A DNA stretch of 51,533 nucleotides. It comes from Macrostomum lignano. Its lineage: Eukaryota. Position 1 is the first letter of the stretch. The number at the start of each line of letters is the position of its first letter. The notes below the pieces were generated by a model that saw only the letters and a list, made by a program, of their open reading frames with translations, did not search any database and was not told where the DNA came from. The stretch lies in NCBI GenBank assembly GCA_002269645.1, contig NIVC01003459.1, positions 1-51,533 on the forward strand, read 5' to 3'. This document shows, piece after piece, positions 26,927-43,045 of this stretch. The position numbers were made by a program, and so were the translations under genes.

Positions 26927-27241
26927 TAAAAATTGGTCAAGGACAGCTTCCATTACACAAAGTTAAATTTAATTCACGTAAATCAAAATTGCTATAATGA
27001 AAATTAATTATAAAAAATTAAAAAAGATAACAGCTCCTTAAAATCCGTTCTTAGGATACACTTCGCATAACTTATGCAAATAATAATAATGGTTTTGTAT
27101 TTTAAATATTAAAGTAGTGATTATTAAAACAGTAACAAAAAGTCCTCAAACGCCTATGAAGAACAAAATTAAAACATTAGAGCAATTTATTAATATTGAC
27201 AAATTAGTCCATGATCGCCACAAGTCATCAATCATCTAGTT

Positions 27242-27769
27242 TTAGTTAGCTGATGAAGCAGCAGTACCTCGGTTGTCAGCAGTGCCTCGAATGTCAGCAG
27301 TGCCTTGGATGTCAGCAGTGCCTCGGTTGTCAGCAGTCCCTCGGTTGTCAGCAGTGCCTCGGATGTCAGCAGTGCCTTGGATGTCAGCAGTGCCTTGGAT
27401 GTCAGCAGTGCCTCGGTTGTCAGCAGTGCCTCGGTTGTCAGCAGCGATCTCATAGGGTGGTGGAAGGCTATCATCTTCAGTATCCAAATCACCAATCGCT
27501 TGCAAGGCTTGAGCTTGGTTTTGATAGGATAGTGCAATAGCTTGCATGCTTTTTCTTTTTGCCACATTTTCCTTCAGAAGCTTCAGGAGCTTATCCTCCT
27601 CCGTAAAGGACTTGAATGTATCTAAACCTTGTAGCTTATTGATTAGTCTCTCAGAACCTAGATCTGCAAATATAGTTAATGGCATGAGCCTTCGAATCTT
27701 TTGCTTTGTGAGTTCGAATTCCTTTCGATGATCCCTATATCTCTTGCGAAGTTCCTTTTCGGATGGCAT
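27242..27769 (-). CDS. Hypothetical protein: helical N-terminus, PPPY motif, 10 x TAD(N/I)(R/Q)G repeats
   Basis: 175-aa ATG ORF with a non-repetitive 110-aa N-terminus in frame with an 18-bp repeat. Confidence 0.62.
   Translation of the reverse strand: MPSEKELRKRYRDHRKEFELTKQKIRRLMPLTIFADLGSERLINKLQGLDTFKSFTEEDKLLKLLKENVAKRKSMQAIALSYQNQAQALQAIGDLDTEDDSLPPPYEIAADNRGTADNRGTADIQGTADIQGTADIRGTADNRGTADNRGTADIQGTADIRGTADNRGTAASSAN
27259..27444. repeat. 18-bp tandem repeat x10 (coding)
   Basis: GTCAGCAGTGCCT(C/T)GG(A/T)T units. Confidence 0.92.
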
Positions 27770-28481
27770 GTCTATTAAAGCTTTTTATTGTTGCAATGAA
27801 TTTGGAGAGAATTATCAGCCATCTTTCCAAATTCATTCCTGTATTAATATTATGTGAAAATACAAAAGCAGCGCATAACCTCAATTCTCATTGGTATCTC
27901 ATTGATGACAACCAATGAGAAAGCGACACCGGGTGAATGGAATGCAACTTTGCAGGCTCATGCCAGATGCAGAAAAAATTCTATCCACATGAGTCAGAAT
28001 TGTAGTTACTTGAGATGCATGGCATCGCACTGCACAATGCACACTGAAAGAAACTATGTTCCTTTTTTCTTTAAAGCAGAATGACTCAACATTCTTTCTA
28101 GCTTTTCGCATCAAGAATGAAGCAAAGCAACTAACCTAACCCTAACAGTTTAGCAGTTGAGTCAATAAGAATTTATTGTTCCTTTATCAATAGGTTTTGA
28201 ATATCAGCATGCTGCAGCAGGAATTGAGCACCTCTTAAACCCCAACTCTAAAGCACGGCCATGGCAGTTTTTTCTCTATTTTCATGACTCAGTGCGCATG
28301 TAAGAAGTCGCTTAGGTGGCTTGATAAAAACCCGCTTTAGTTTTGGAAGCAATACAACACACGTTTATCAGACAGACTAAAGCAAACAGAGTGAACATAT
28401 AAATCACACAACTCAGCAACAACGAAAAGGTAAGAAATAAGAGTTTTGTTCTTGTGTTGATTTTGATACTAAATAGTTATA

Positions 28482-29117
28482 ATGCCCTACATTTTAGAAT
28501 CCCGTATGGAGGCAGCAATGGCATCATTCGAATCCGACCTCGATAGTCTTATCAAGGAGATTTTTTGTAGTGGGGATTTAAAGCATTGTAAGAAATGGAT
28601 AGGAGAATATAACAAGGTTGCTAGAAAATTTAATAGGAAGAAGTTTGCTATTCCAACTTTTCGAGGTAGATTGGAGAGAGTGGACAAGACAAAGGAACGA
28701 ATAGCAGAAGCTGCTAAAATACTGCGGGATTCGATGGAGCATCAAGAGCCGGGAGAGATTAATGAATTTATGGACGGAGAGTATCAATTTCAGGATGAAA
28801 TTACAGAACTTAATTCCATTGATAAAATGATAAACGAGCTACAGTGCCGGGGCTTGCAGTATGGAATTAAGTCTGGTCAGATATTAATAAGAATGAAGCT
28901 TTCATTGAGTGACGAGGAGTATAAAGTATTTTTGTCTAGACTACGCTTTAAGTCCGCGTGGGGGAACTATTTAGTCCGAGTGGCTCGTCTAAGCACAGCA
29001 CATCCAATTCTGTGGCGTTGTGGCATCTCACTGTTTCGCCTACGTTCTATAATCAAGTACGCTGAGAAAGCCCTGGAGATGCTGGAGGAAGAGGAGGAAG
29101 ATGCACTTCTGATCTGA
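28482..29117 (+). CDS. Hypothetical helical protein with acidic C-terminus
   Basis: 211-aa ATG ORF with viral-like codon composition; no family recognised with confidence. Confidence 0.65.
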   Translation: MPYILESRMEAAMASFESDLDSLIKEIFCSGDLKHCKKWIGEYNKVARKFNRKKFAIPTFRGRLERVDKTKERIAEAAKILRDSMEHQEPGEINEFMDGEYQFQDEITELNSIDKMINELQCRGLQYGIKSGQILIRMKLSLSDEEYKVFLSRLRFKSAWGNYLVRVARLSTAHPILWRCGISLFRLRSIIKYAEKALEMLEEEEEDALLI

Positions 29118-29175
29118 TGAAAATCTTATTGCGCGCGTTGTGAATCATAACATCTGACTCTCATTATGCTGACTA

Positions 29176-29596
29176 TTCTTTTTCACATCGAATACTGCAG
29201 TATCTGGTTCTTTTTTGCTCGTTGCTTTTTTCACATCGAATACTGCAGTATCTGGTTCTTTTTTGCTCGTTGCTTTTTTCACATCGAATACTGCAGTATC
29301 TGGTTCTTTTTTGCTCGTTGCTTTTTTCACATCGAATACTGCAGTATCTGGTTCTTTTTTGCTCGTTGCTTTTTTCACATCGAATACTGCAGTATCTGGT
29401 TCTTTTTTGCTCGTTGCTTTTTCACATCGAATACTGCAGTATCTGGTTCTTTTTTGCTCGCTGCTTTTTCACATCGAATACTGCAGTATCTGGTTCTTTT
29501 TTGCTCGTTGCTTTTTCACATCGAATACTGCAGTATCTGGTTCTTTTTTGCTCGCTGCTTTTTCACATCGAATACTGCAGTATCTGGTTCTTTTTC
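29176..29596. repeat. 47/48-bp tandem repeat (~9 units), each with palindrome ATACTGCAGTAT
   Basis: CACATCG starts at 29184, 29232, 29280, 29328, 29376, 29423, 29470, 29517 and 29564. Confidence 0.95.
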
Positions 29597-29705
29597 TGCC
29601 TATTGTAATATCGCTTATACATTTCTAATTGCTTAATCCTGTGGATGCCACAATAAATTTATAACGTCATTACATAATTTTCCTGCTAAATTTATTTTAT
29701 AAAAA

Positions 29706-32700
29706 ATGGAACAACTCAGAAAGATGAGTGATGAAGAATTTGAACAATACATTCAAGCTGAGCGGTTTCGGCGTCAGCAGCAAAAGCACACAGATAATGA
29801 GCCTATAGCGGAGTCCAAAGAAGATGAAGTGGCAGCTCCGCAGATTGGTGATGAAATAATACTACATAAATCCTTTAGAGAGAAGTATAATAAGAAGTCA
29901 GAAATTTCAGAGTATGTCATTAGGAATGTTAATGAAGGTTATATAACAAAGGTTTTTATTCAGTATGAAGATGCAATTAAAGCAGTGTTGGAGAAAGTTA
30001 GAGATGGTGGACGGAGTAAGTTCAACTTGCATTTTGAACTAGAATTCAAAAAGAATTTTAACGAAGACATTCCTCCATTCACAGTCTATGACAATGAAAG
30101 TGGATTCTACAATATTCAGTCAGATTCACAGTATGACACTGCCCTTAGCGAAAGACAGGAGACATAGGAAAAGTTCATTGATGAGTTCTGTGAGAAGGGA
30201 TCAGATAATGTCTTTGTGCAGATAAAATCTATCTACATCAGAGTTGCCAAGGTTTCTAGCATTCAGGGAGGATCCTTCTTTACTAACAATGAAATTAAAA
30301 AATGTCGATCAATTCTTAACATTCAGAATGATGATGAGAAATGCTTCCTCTGGTGTGTATTAGCTGTTAAACATCCACAAAATAAAGATGGTTATCGAGT
30401 GTCAAAATATAAACCATATGAAAAAGAACTTAATCTCACCGATATCCAATTCCCCATGAGAATAAAAGATATAAAAAAGTTTGAAAGACTAAATGAAGAG
30501 TTTGCTGTTAATGTGCTGTATTATGAAGGTAAATTCCCAGATACACTACAACATCTCTATGTCTCACCTCATAATCAACGAACTTATGTAGTAGATTTAC
30601 TATACCTGGAGGAAGATGGTAAGACTCATTATTGTCTGATAAAAAATCTTACAACATTAGTTTCAAAACAAACTGGAAAGCGTGTAAATCACAAGTCATT
30701 TTTATGCAGAACATGCATGACTGTTTACACAAGTGAAAACGTGTTGGCCGAGCACTCAAGGTTGTGCGGTAAAAATGCACCCGGTCTTTATAAATTACCT
30801 AAGGAAGAATCGAAGCTGAAATTTAAGAATCATATATTCAAACTAAAGCTACCCATCGCTATCTATGCTGACTTTGAAGCAACAACTGAACCCATTGAAG
30901 CACAAAGTAAAAGCTTCACTAGATTTTAGACAAAGAGTCATATACTCTAAAAGTAGCAAATCAGAACGCAATAGCTTACGGTTTTTATATCCATTCTGAG
31001 TTACCCGAGGTAATTAAATCGAAGTATGAAGGATATTGTGGCACAGATGCCAAGGAAAAATATGTTGATAGAATGGTTGAAATTTATCAACAAATTAAGA
31101 ATGGTCTGAAGGAGCCTAAGCATATTAATCATAATTTGACAGCGCAAGAGGAGGCTTCTTACTGTAAGGCTAAACAATGCTACATATGCGAGAAGGAGTT
31201 TGATATGGTTCCAGATATGAAGGTGCATGTGAAGGAAATTGACAGTAAAGTTACTATAGAATCTTGGTGCAAAAAATGTCTGAACAAGAGCAATAATATA
31301 AGTAAATATAAGATCACAAAGCAACAATGGAAAGAGTTTTACAGGGCTGAAAAATGTGCGAATTGTAAAAATGACTTCACACTTAAGCTAGGTAAGGTAA
31401 GCGAACATTGTCACTATAGTGGCAAATATAGAGGGGCTGCCTGTAAATCCTGCAATGCTCTCGAGAGTAAGAAGCGAGTAATCCCAATCTACTTCCAGAA
31501 TGGATCCCACTATGACTTTCACTTCTTAGTGACACACTTAAAGAGCAAAGAGACCATGGAGGATAAATTATTTCCTCCACTATCTAAAACTTCTGAAGAG
31601 TACATTTCTCTCGAGTTTGGATGTAACAAAGTAGTACTGAGGTTCCTAGATTCATACAGGTTCTTGGCTTCCTCGCTGGATATCTGCGCAAAGTCCCTGA
31701 AGGATGAAGACTTCATCATAACAAAGAAATACTTTAAAAACGACAGCGATTTTCAATATGTTAAGCGCAAGGGTGTATTCCCATATGAGTATATCAGAAG
31801 CTTTGGAAGATTAGCAGAAACTGAGTTACCACCATTGAAAGAGTTTTACTCGAGGTTGAAAGGTGAAGACATTTCTTCAGATGAATATGATTTTGCAAAA
31901 CAAATGTGGAAAACTTTTAATTGTAAGAATTTGGAGGATTATATGATGCTGTATCTTAAGGTTGACGTTCTATTATTAGCAGATGTATTCGAACGCTATA
32001 GAACATTCTTCCTGAAACACTTTGAGATTGATCCAGCCAGATGCTTCTCAGCACCAGGATTGAGTTGGAATGCTGGGTTGAAGAAAAGTAAAGTTGAGTT
32101 AGACTTGCTGGCGGATATCGATATGATTCATATGATTGATAGTGGAATAAGAGGTGGATTTAGCGGAGTTCTAGGGTCACGATATGTAAAGGCAAATAAT
32201 CCTTATCTTCCAGGCTATGATTTAGAAAAACCAACTTCCTACTTACTTTACGTTGATTGTACAAATCTCTATGGTTATAGTATGTTGGAACCCCTTCCTT
32301 TTTCTGACTTTAAATGGGAAGCTGATTCCAACTATTATAAAAATCCTCCTGAAGGACGGGGCTGTCTTGTTGAATGTGATCTTGAATATACAAAAGAATC
32401 AAAAAAGAAAACGTATGCCTTCCCATTAGCACCTGAAAGTACAACTGTGTCAGAAAGTGAATTGAGTGAATATCAGAAAGGATGTCTAGAAGTCGAAATG
32501 AAAAAGATTGGAAAAGTTCCTAAATTGATCCTTAATTTAAAAAATAAAACAAAATATATCGTACATCATAAGCTATTGCGATTCTATGAAGAGATGGGCT
32601 TGAAAGTGACAAAAGTACATAGGACGATTTCATTCAATGAAAAGCCATGGTTAAAGGAGTATATCGAGTTTAATACGATAGAAAGAAAGAAGGCAAAAGA

Positions 32701-33532
32701 AGCAAAAATTGAGTTCGAAGACAATCAGTTCAAAATGCTTAATGTAAGCATCTTTGGCAAGACAATGGAGGATGTTAAAAAGAGAAAGCGATTTGAGTTG
32801 CTGACAAGTGAGGATGAGATATCTAAGATAATATCCAAGCCAGATTTCATAGACTTCAAAATCTTCAATGAAAATCTAATTTGCATTCACCAGCGACCTA
32901 AGAATATCCCTCTTGGAACAAAGCCAACATACGCTGGACAAGCAATTCTGGATCTCTCGAAATTGCATATGTATGAAACATTTTACAAAGTTTTCAAGTC
33001 CAAATGGGGGGATAATGTTGAGATTGTTACCTCTGACACCGACTCATTCATTCTTCATATAAAGACAGAAAATATTTATAAAGACATTGCTCAGATGAAG
33101 GAGCATTTCGATTTGTCGCTGTATACAAAAAATTTTCCGATTGATTTACATGATATGACTAATTGTGGAAAGCTGGGAACATTCAAGGATGAATTGGCAA
33201 AATATGATTGCATAATGACAGAAGTAACCGCTCTAAGATCGAAAGCATATTCATTTAAAACAATTTATGTCAGCACTCAAAAGGAAGGGAAGGAAGAGAA
33301 AAAATTAAAGGGAATCTCAAAGTCAACAGTGAAGCATCATGTACAATATGATGACTATAGAAATATACTACTTGATTATAACGAACCAGTCTATAGGAAA
33401 GTGTATAGCCTTAGATCAGACAAGCATAACATGACTTTAATAGAACAAAATAAGAAGGCTATTAGTCCTTTCGATGACAAAAGATACATTGAATCCAATG
33501 GAATTATAACACATCCTCATGGATTCAAATAA
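29706..33532 (+). pseudogene. pPolB: Protein-primed family B DNA polymerase with endonuclease-VII-like Zn insertion; in-frame TAG at 30165-30167 and frameshift near 30920
   Basis: ExoI IYADFEA, ExoII NGSHYDFHF, ExoIII YLKVDVLLL, and polymerase motifs VDCTNLYG, KMLNVSIFGK, SDTDS. The three tracked ORFs join into one PolB-like reading. Confidence 0.92.
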
Positions 33533-33534
33533 GT

Positions 33535-38650
<5,116 letters not shown>

Positions 38651-38738
38651 TCCTTGTGCTCTTTTACCTTGGGGTTGCGATAGGGGCCTCGCGGCCTATT
38701 CGCGGCGCCTGCGCCCCCGTCAGTAGTAAGTAAGTAAG

Positions 38739-38836
38739 TTCAAGAAAACATTTGCGATCACATAATTTATCAATATATCCATAATCCGGTTCTATTATTC
38801 CACAATGTGTACGCACCTCCCTAAAGTTATTTATTT
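38739..38836 (+). repeat. Right LINE TSD (98 bp), copy B
   Basis: Identical to 33676-33773. Confidence 0.95.
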
Positions 38837-38903
38837 GTATTTCTCTATCAATGCGCTTTATTTCATCTTGGTATGCATTTAGGAGAACTTTTATTGCAGC
38901 CAT
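38739..38903 (-). pseudogene. 5' half of LINE-interrupted gene, copy B
   Basis: MAAIKVLL...CFLE then runs into the antisense LINE tail. Confidence 0.75.
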
Positions 38904-38928
38904 TTTCTAGAAAAAAAATTATACAATA

Positions 38929-39669
38929 TTAATTGTAGGGAGGTGCACTTGGAGCATTTGATTGAAGATTGAGTGTTGCCGAGTACTCTTTTGGCTTATC
39001 AGCTAGACCCAATTTTTCTCTCAGATCTTTTTCTAGTAATTCCTTTTTAATTTTTTCCTTCGCTGAATGACCAAGTCTACTCTCTTTGAGGATTTTATCA
39101 ACGACTTCCGAATGGTTAACTTCTTCAGGCGCAACACAGGCGTCTAACAATTGATCTCTTTTTTCTCTGTATTCTGAATAAATTGCAGCAGCTGCTTGAA
39201 CCTCTTCAAGAGTTAATCTATAATCATCAACTGCTTTTTGGGAGTAAATATACAATCTCTCTCTGTATTGATTTGCCAGATCTCTGAGAACAATGTATTT
39301 TGCCTTCTGCTTTTGGCAATGAATTTTCACAGTTGCAAACAACGACGTGGATTTTACAGCTTCAAAACCACTCATTGCCCCGATTACTACTCCAATAACT
39401 AAGGGATTCAATGTCAGTATCGATGTTGCTATGCCAATTCCTGTAGCAGCCAAGAGACTTACATTTCCTGTCACAATGTTGATCCAATTTATCCTGCTAC
39501 TTTGCCGTTTGTACTTTTTTACCTTTTTGCTATAAATTGTAAGATCTTTAGTAATGCATTCAATACTGCCTTTGATTTCACCCTTTCTCTGATTGAAATA
39601 GTCCCGCTCCCTCAAATCTGCTTCATGCAGCTCAACCACAGGATAGATGTGTTCATTTTTTTTTTTTTT
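38929..39669 (-). CDS. Membrane protein with PSAPPY tail, copy B (start obscured by a T18 run)
   Basis: Matches 5454-6194. The 18-nt start region reads as all T, probably a consensus error. Confidence 0.7.
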   Translation of the reverse strand, partial: KKKKNEHIYPVVELHEADLRERDYFNQRKGEIKGSIECITKDLTIYSKKVKKYKRQSSRINWINIVTGNVSLLAATGIGIATSILTLNPLVIGVVIGAMSGFEAVKSTSLFATVKIHCQKQKAKYIVLRDLANQYRERLYIYSQKAVDDYRLTLEEVQAAAAIYSEYREKRDQLLDACVAPEEVNHSEVVDKILKESRLGHSAKEKIKKELLEKDLREKLGLADKPKEYSATLNLQSNAPSAPPYN

Positions 39670-39671
39670 TT

Positions 39672-40355
39672 TTATGTGGCGATTATGTCTAAAATCGGAT
39701 AAAGTTGAAAGCCTGAAACAATAAGAACGGTTGATCCTTCAGTGGCTGAATTAATATGCACTCTATAACCGGAGAATTTTTCGGTGGAAGCTACTTCAAA
39801 ATATTTCATGACTCCAGGAACTAAACCAGCATTTTCGGTAGAAAAAATATTCCTAAAGTCTCTCTTGTTATTGCTCCCTTTCAGAATAAAACTTTTTGGT
39901 TGATTTTTTATAATTTCACTACCTACTGCTTTGGTTCCTTTCAATCCGAATTTCCAAATTTGAATAGACTCGGGAAGTTGTACTTCAATGTAAGAATTGG
40001 GTTCATTCCTCGATTCCCATTCTGAATTAGATACTATATAACCCCAATTATCTGACGTTTCAAATGCTCCTGATGACGCTACATTGAAACCCCTTTCTCT
40101 ATAGTTTTGACGTGTTGCTAGTGAGGGAATATATCCTGTATAAGATTTGAAACCTAGTCCCCGCCTTAGTCGCAGCTCCACTGATTCAAGTGCATTGTCT
40201 ACGTATAGCTTTGGTACAGCTTGAAGTCTATCTATAGGCCACACTAAATCATTAACCACTGTTTGTCTCTCAAGTAATTCAACTTTTGTAAGCTTTATGG
40301 AACCAGAAAAATTAAGAGAATAATGGAAATAATATGAGGGATTGGGTATTTTTTC
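39672..40355 (-). CDS. Discoidin-like C-terminal fibre segment, copy B
   Basis: Identical to 6197-6880. Confidence 0.7.
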   Translation of the reverse strand, partial: EKIPNPSYYFHYSLNFSGSIKLTKVELLERQTVVNDLVWPIDRLQAVPKLYVDNALESVELRLRRGLGFKSYTGYIPSLATRQNYRERGFNVASSGAFETSDNWGYIVSNSEWESRNEPNSYIEVQLPESIQIWKFGLKGTKAVGSEIIKNQPKSFILKGSNNKRDFRNIFSTENAGLVPGVMKYFEVASTEKFSGYRVHINSATEGSTVLIVSGFQLYPILDIIAT

Positions 40356-41080
40356 CTAAGATGTGCATTGCCCCTTCGTAGTTCAATGGGTGCACTTTGT
40401 TCAACAGGTGTCCAGTTTGTTCCATTTAGGCTCACACTAACAGACCAACCAGGCCACACCTCTCCTTCCAACTTTATCTCTACAACTTTCCTAGCTCTTT
40501 TCAAAAATTGAAATCGTATCCACTTGTCTGAGTCATCTGCACTGCTCCAATCTGAAGGTGGGTTTGAATCTGCAACATGATATGCTGCTGAAGAGTTATG
40601 AGAAGCGGTCACTTTCATGTCAGAATGGGAAGCGTTTGAAGTCAGTAATGAAAGAATATTGACTAATTTCGAACTCTCTGTACCTCCCGCAGTACCTTGC
40701 CATTCTGCTAACAAAGTGTCAATCTCAGTTTTAGAATACATCTTAGTGTCAATCTCAGTTTTAGAATACATCTTAGTGTCAATCTCAGTTTTAGAATACA
40801 TCTTAGTGTCAGTTTCGGTTTTTGTGTAGACATTGTTTACGCGCCCATGAGCATCGTCAATTAATTGTAGCATGGTGATATTCATTGCGTCACTATCTTC
40901 CTTTGAATAAGAGTCTGAAACATTTCTCTTTGCTAACAATAAATTATCTATTTCCTCTCTCTTATATCCTTCATTTTCATTGATGTATCGATCATCAGCT
41001 AACGCTATTGTTATTCCAGGCGCTATATCATTTGAATTTGACGAGTAACCAAATTGATTGGCAGTATTCTTGTAACTCAT
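40295..41080 (-). CDS. Putative fibre/spike protein, copy B
   Basis: One amino acid different from 6820-7605. Confidence 0.72.
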   Translation of the reverse strand: MSYKNTANQFGYSSNSNDIAPGITIALADDRYINENEGYKREEIDNLLLAKRNVSDSYSKEDSDAMNITMLQLIDDAHGRVNNVYTKTETDTKMYSKTEIDTKMYSKTEIDTKMYSKTEIDTLLAEWQGTAGGTESSKLVNILSLLTSNASHSDMKVTASHNSSAAYHVADSNPPSDWSSADDSDKWIRFQFLKRARKVVEIKLEGEVWPGWSVSVSLNGTNWTPVEQSAPIELRRGNAHLRKKYPIPHIISIILLIFLVP

Positions 41081-41508
41081 TTTAATTGCTGCAAAATTTC
41101 GTTATAGCTATCTCCTTTATCGATTCGGTGTAAAAAGTACAGCGACATTTGACCACAATATTTCTTATCAAAAGTTTGAATTTGTTCTTCCATGTCTCCA
41201 CATATTCTATTCTTTGTGTGATTAAACTTTTCCATAATTTCCAGTGTGGGCGGTAGTGCATAGGAATCAAAAAAATAAACCTTATCAGGAGCTGAAAATA
41301 TAGCTGAATGATGTATACCCCGTTCTTTCGAAGTGTGAATATTTGTCATAAAGTAACCATACTGTGGTAAATCAACAATTTCATCTCTCATGGCATAGCG
41401 AAATGGTTTTAACTTGAGATATTTTGCCCAATTCATCAGATCAATATTAGTCGTAGTGTCAGTCCCAAACTTTTGTTTAAATGCATTCCATGTCTCAGCT
41501 TCGCTCAT
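41077..41508 (-). CDS. PRO: Adenain-like cysteine protease, copy B
   Basis: Identical to copy A. Confidence 0.88.
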   Translation of the reverse strand: MSEAETWNAFKQKFGTDTTTNIDLMNWAKYLKLKPFRYAMRDEIVDLPQYGYFMTNIHTSKERGIHHSAIFSAPDKVYFFDSYALPPTLEIMEKFNHTKNRICGDMEEQIQTFDKKYCGQMSLYFLHRIDKGDSYNEILQQLK

Positions 41509-41517
41509 TTTTAACAC

Positions 41518-42309
41518 TCATATTTGTCGTACGTGTAGATTTATAAATATTTCCTCGCCATCAAAGTCGTATAGAACACCAGACTCATCTTCGATGACAA
41601 AGTCGAATGTGCTCAACATGTTTGTAGTTAGTGGTAGGTACACAGGATTTGCGGGCTCTTGAATAATTTTACTTCCCATTGGGACAGAGAACGATGGAAT
41701 TGAAAGAAGTATTTGCTTATCAATTAAATGATTTCCATTAGCTGGATCAGTGATAAACCCCCCTTTGGTATTTAGACAACGAACCATGATCGCACTTCTA
41801 GCTCCGTCTATCCGAGCTGGATTTGGAGCTCTCTCAAATGGTTTCAAATACACTTCCGAATTGAATCCCAACAGTCTTCTAAAGTTATTGGAATGTGCAT
41901 CCCTGAAATCAACTTGATAATCTGTGGCTAACCGTAACTCAACTCTACGCGTGTCTAGGCTTGCACTGAAAACAATAGCCCCCTCTTTCCAATCATTTGC
42001 AGCTGTTAGCAATCTTTGAATCTCGCTTGACAGACTTTTAACTTCCCAAGATCCCGCTTGAATCTTTATTTTTTTCCATGTTCTACCACTATCCCTCGAG
42101 TATCGCAACTCATTATTGCCTCCTTCAATATTGTTAATAGCATCAAAGACTGCAAACTTTTTTATACCAGCTTCGTATTCTCGATCTTCATACAAATTTA
42201 TCGGAGTGCCTAGAGTTTGTCGAAATGGGTTTTTAATTGAAAAGAAGTCAAATGTGCGTTGAAACTTTTTACTCAAGAGGATGTTGACTTTTTCTATTTC
42301 TTTTTCCAT
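41518..42309 (-). CDS. mCP: Minor capsid protein, copy B
   Basis: Identical to copy A. Confidence 0.85.
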   Translation of the reverse strand: MEKEIEKVNILLSKKFQRTFDFFSIKNPFRQTLGTPINLYEDREYEAGIKKFAVFDAINNIEGGNNELRYSRDSGRTWKKIKIQAGSWEVKSLSSEIQRLLTAANDWKEGAIVFSASLDTRRVELRLATDYQVDFRDAHSNNFRRLLGFNSEVYLKPFERAPNPARIDGARSAIMVRCLNTKGGFITDPANGNHLIDKQILLSIPSFSVPMGSKIIQEPANPVYLPLTTNMLSTFDFVIEDESGVLYDFDGEEIFINLHVRQI

Positions 42310-42311
42310 TT

Positions 42312-43043
42312 TTAAGCAAGTAATTCTGCTAGCTCTTTATCAACATTGTTATGTCCCTCTGCTTTTGCGGCTAGTAATGTCAACACTCTTTCACTGAGTC
42401 CAGATCCCGGTTTTACTCGATATCCTGGTGGATTATCTTTCAATATCCTTACTGCTTGCTTATAATTCCCACTTGATTTGGCTGCTGGATTTTTACAGTG
42501 TTCAATGAGGTTAACATAATCCTGCAATGTTTGCATCTTGAATTGCTTCAGCTCTTCACCATTTTCAGTTACTTTAGGCATTTTGAACAACTCTTCAAGA
42601 TCTTCAGAAAATGGCATTCGAAATTCGTTGACAATGATGTCTCGACCTTGTTCATGGAATTCAACATCTATTACAGATGATCCAAATATATATCCAGCAT
42701 CTGTTTTTTGAATTCGTATACTAGGTGCTGGTCTTTGAGTTATTGGAATCTTTCCAATTTCTTCAATTATTTTGTCAAATACTTCCAGAGGTTCAAATCG
42801 TCCTTTTGGTGTACTTGATTGCGGAACTGGAACTTTTTGATTCTGAAGTTTATCAACAAGGTTGGCATTGACACCAATAAATTCATCAAGCTTTTCTGTG
42901 ACAGGTTTTTGAGCTAATGGAGCCACTCTTGTATATAAACTCTCTTCTCCAATTTTCAAATAGCGTTGAGCATCATTTCTGGATTTGTACATTTCTCGCT
43001 GCTTTGCTAAATTAATGAGTTGTCTTATATATTCATTAGTCAT
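42312..43043 (-). CDS. Conserved Maverick ORF (PZ-like)
   Basis: 243 aa between the ATPase and mCP. C-terminal GSG-LSERVLTLLAAKAEGHNN. Confidence 0.65.
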   Translation of the reverse strand: MTNEYIRQLINLAKQREMYKSRNDAQRYLKIGEESLYTRVAPLAQKPVTEKLDEFIGVNANLVDKLQNQKVPVPQSSTPKGRFEPLEVFDKIIEEIGKIPITQRPAPSIRIQKTDAGYIFGSSVIDVEFHEQGRDIIVNEFRMPFSEDLEELFKMPKVTENGEELKQFKMQTLQDYVNLIEHCKNPAAKSSGNYKQAVRILKDNPPGYRVKPGSGLSERVLTLLAAKAEGHNNVDKELAELLA

Positions 43044-43045
43044 TT

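Noticed and set aside
27854-28114. Two short opposing ORFs in the divergent intergenic region
   Set aside because: Under 80 aa, overlapping, non-ATG or weak starts, no motifs.
28131-28146. CTAACCTAACCCTAAC as a telomeric seed
   Set aside because: Only about two imperfect units, too short to support a function.
29145-29636. Four overlapping ORFs in the 48-bp repeat
   Set aside because: By-products of a stop-free repeat; the 47-bp units break the frame.
39656-39673. T18 run as a poly-A retro-insertion
   Set aside because: It has the same length as the copy A sequence TTTTTTTCATTCATTTTT, so it is most likely a consensus error.
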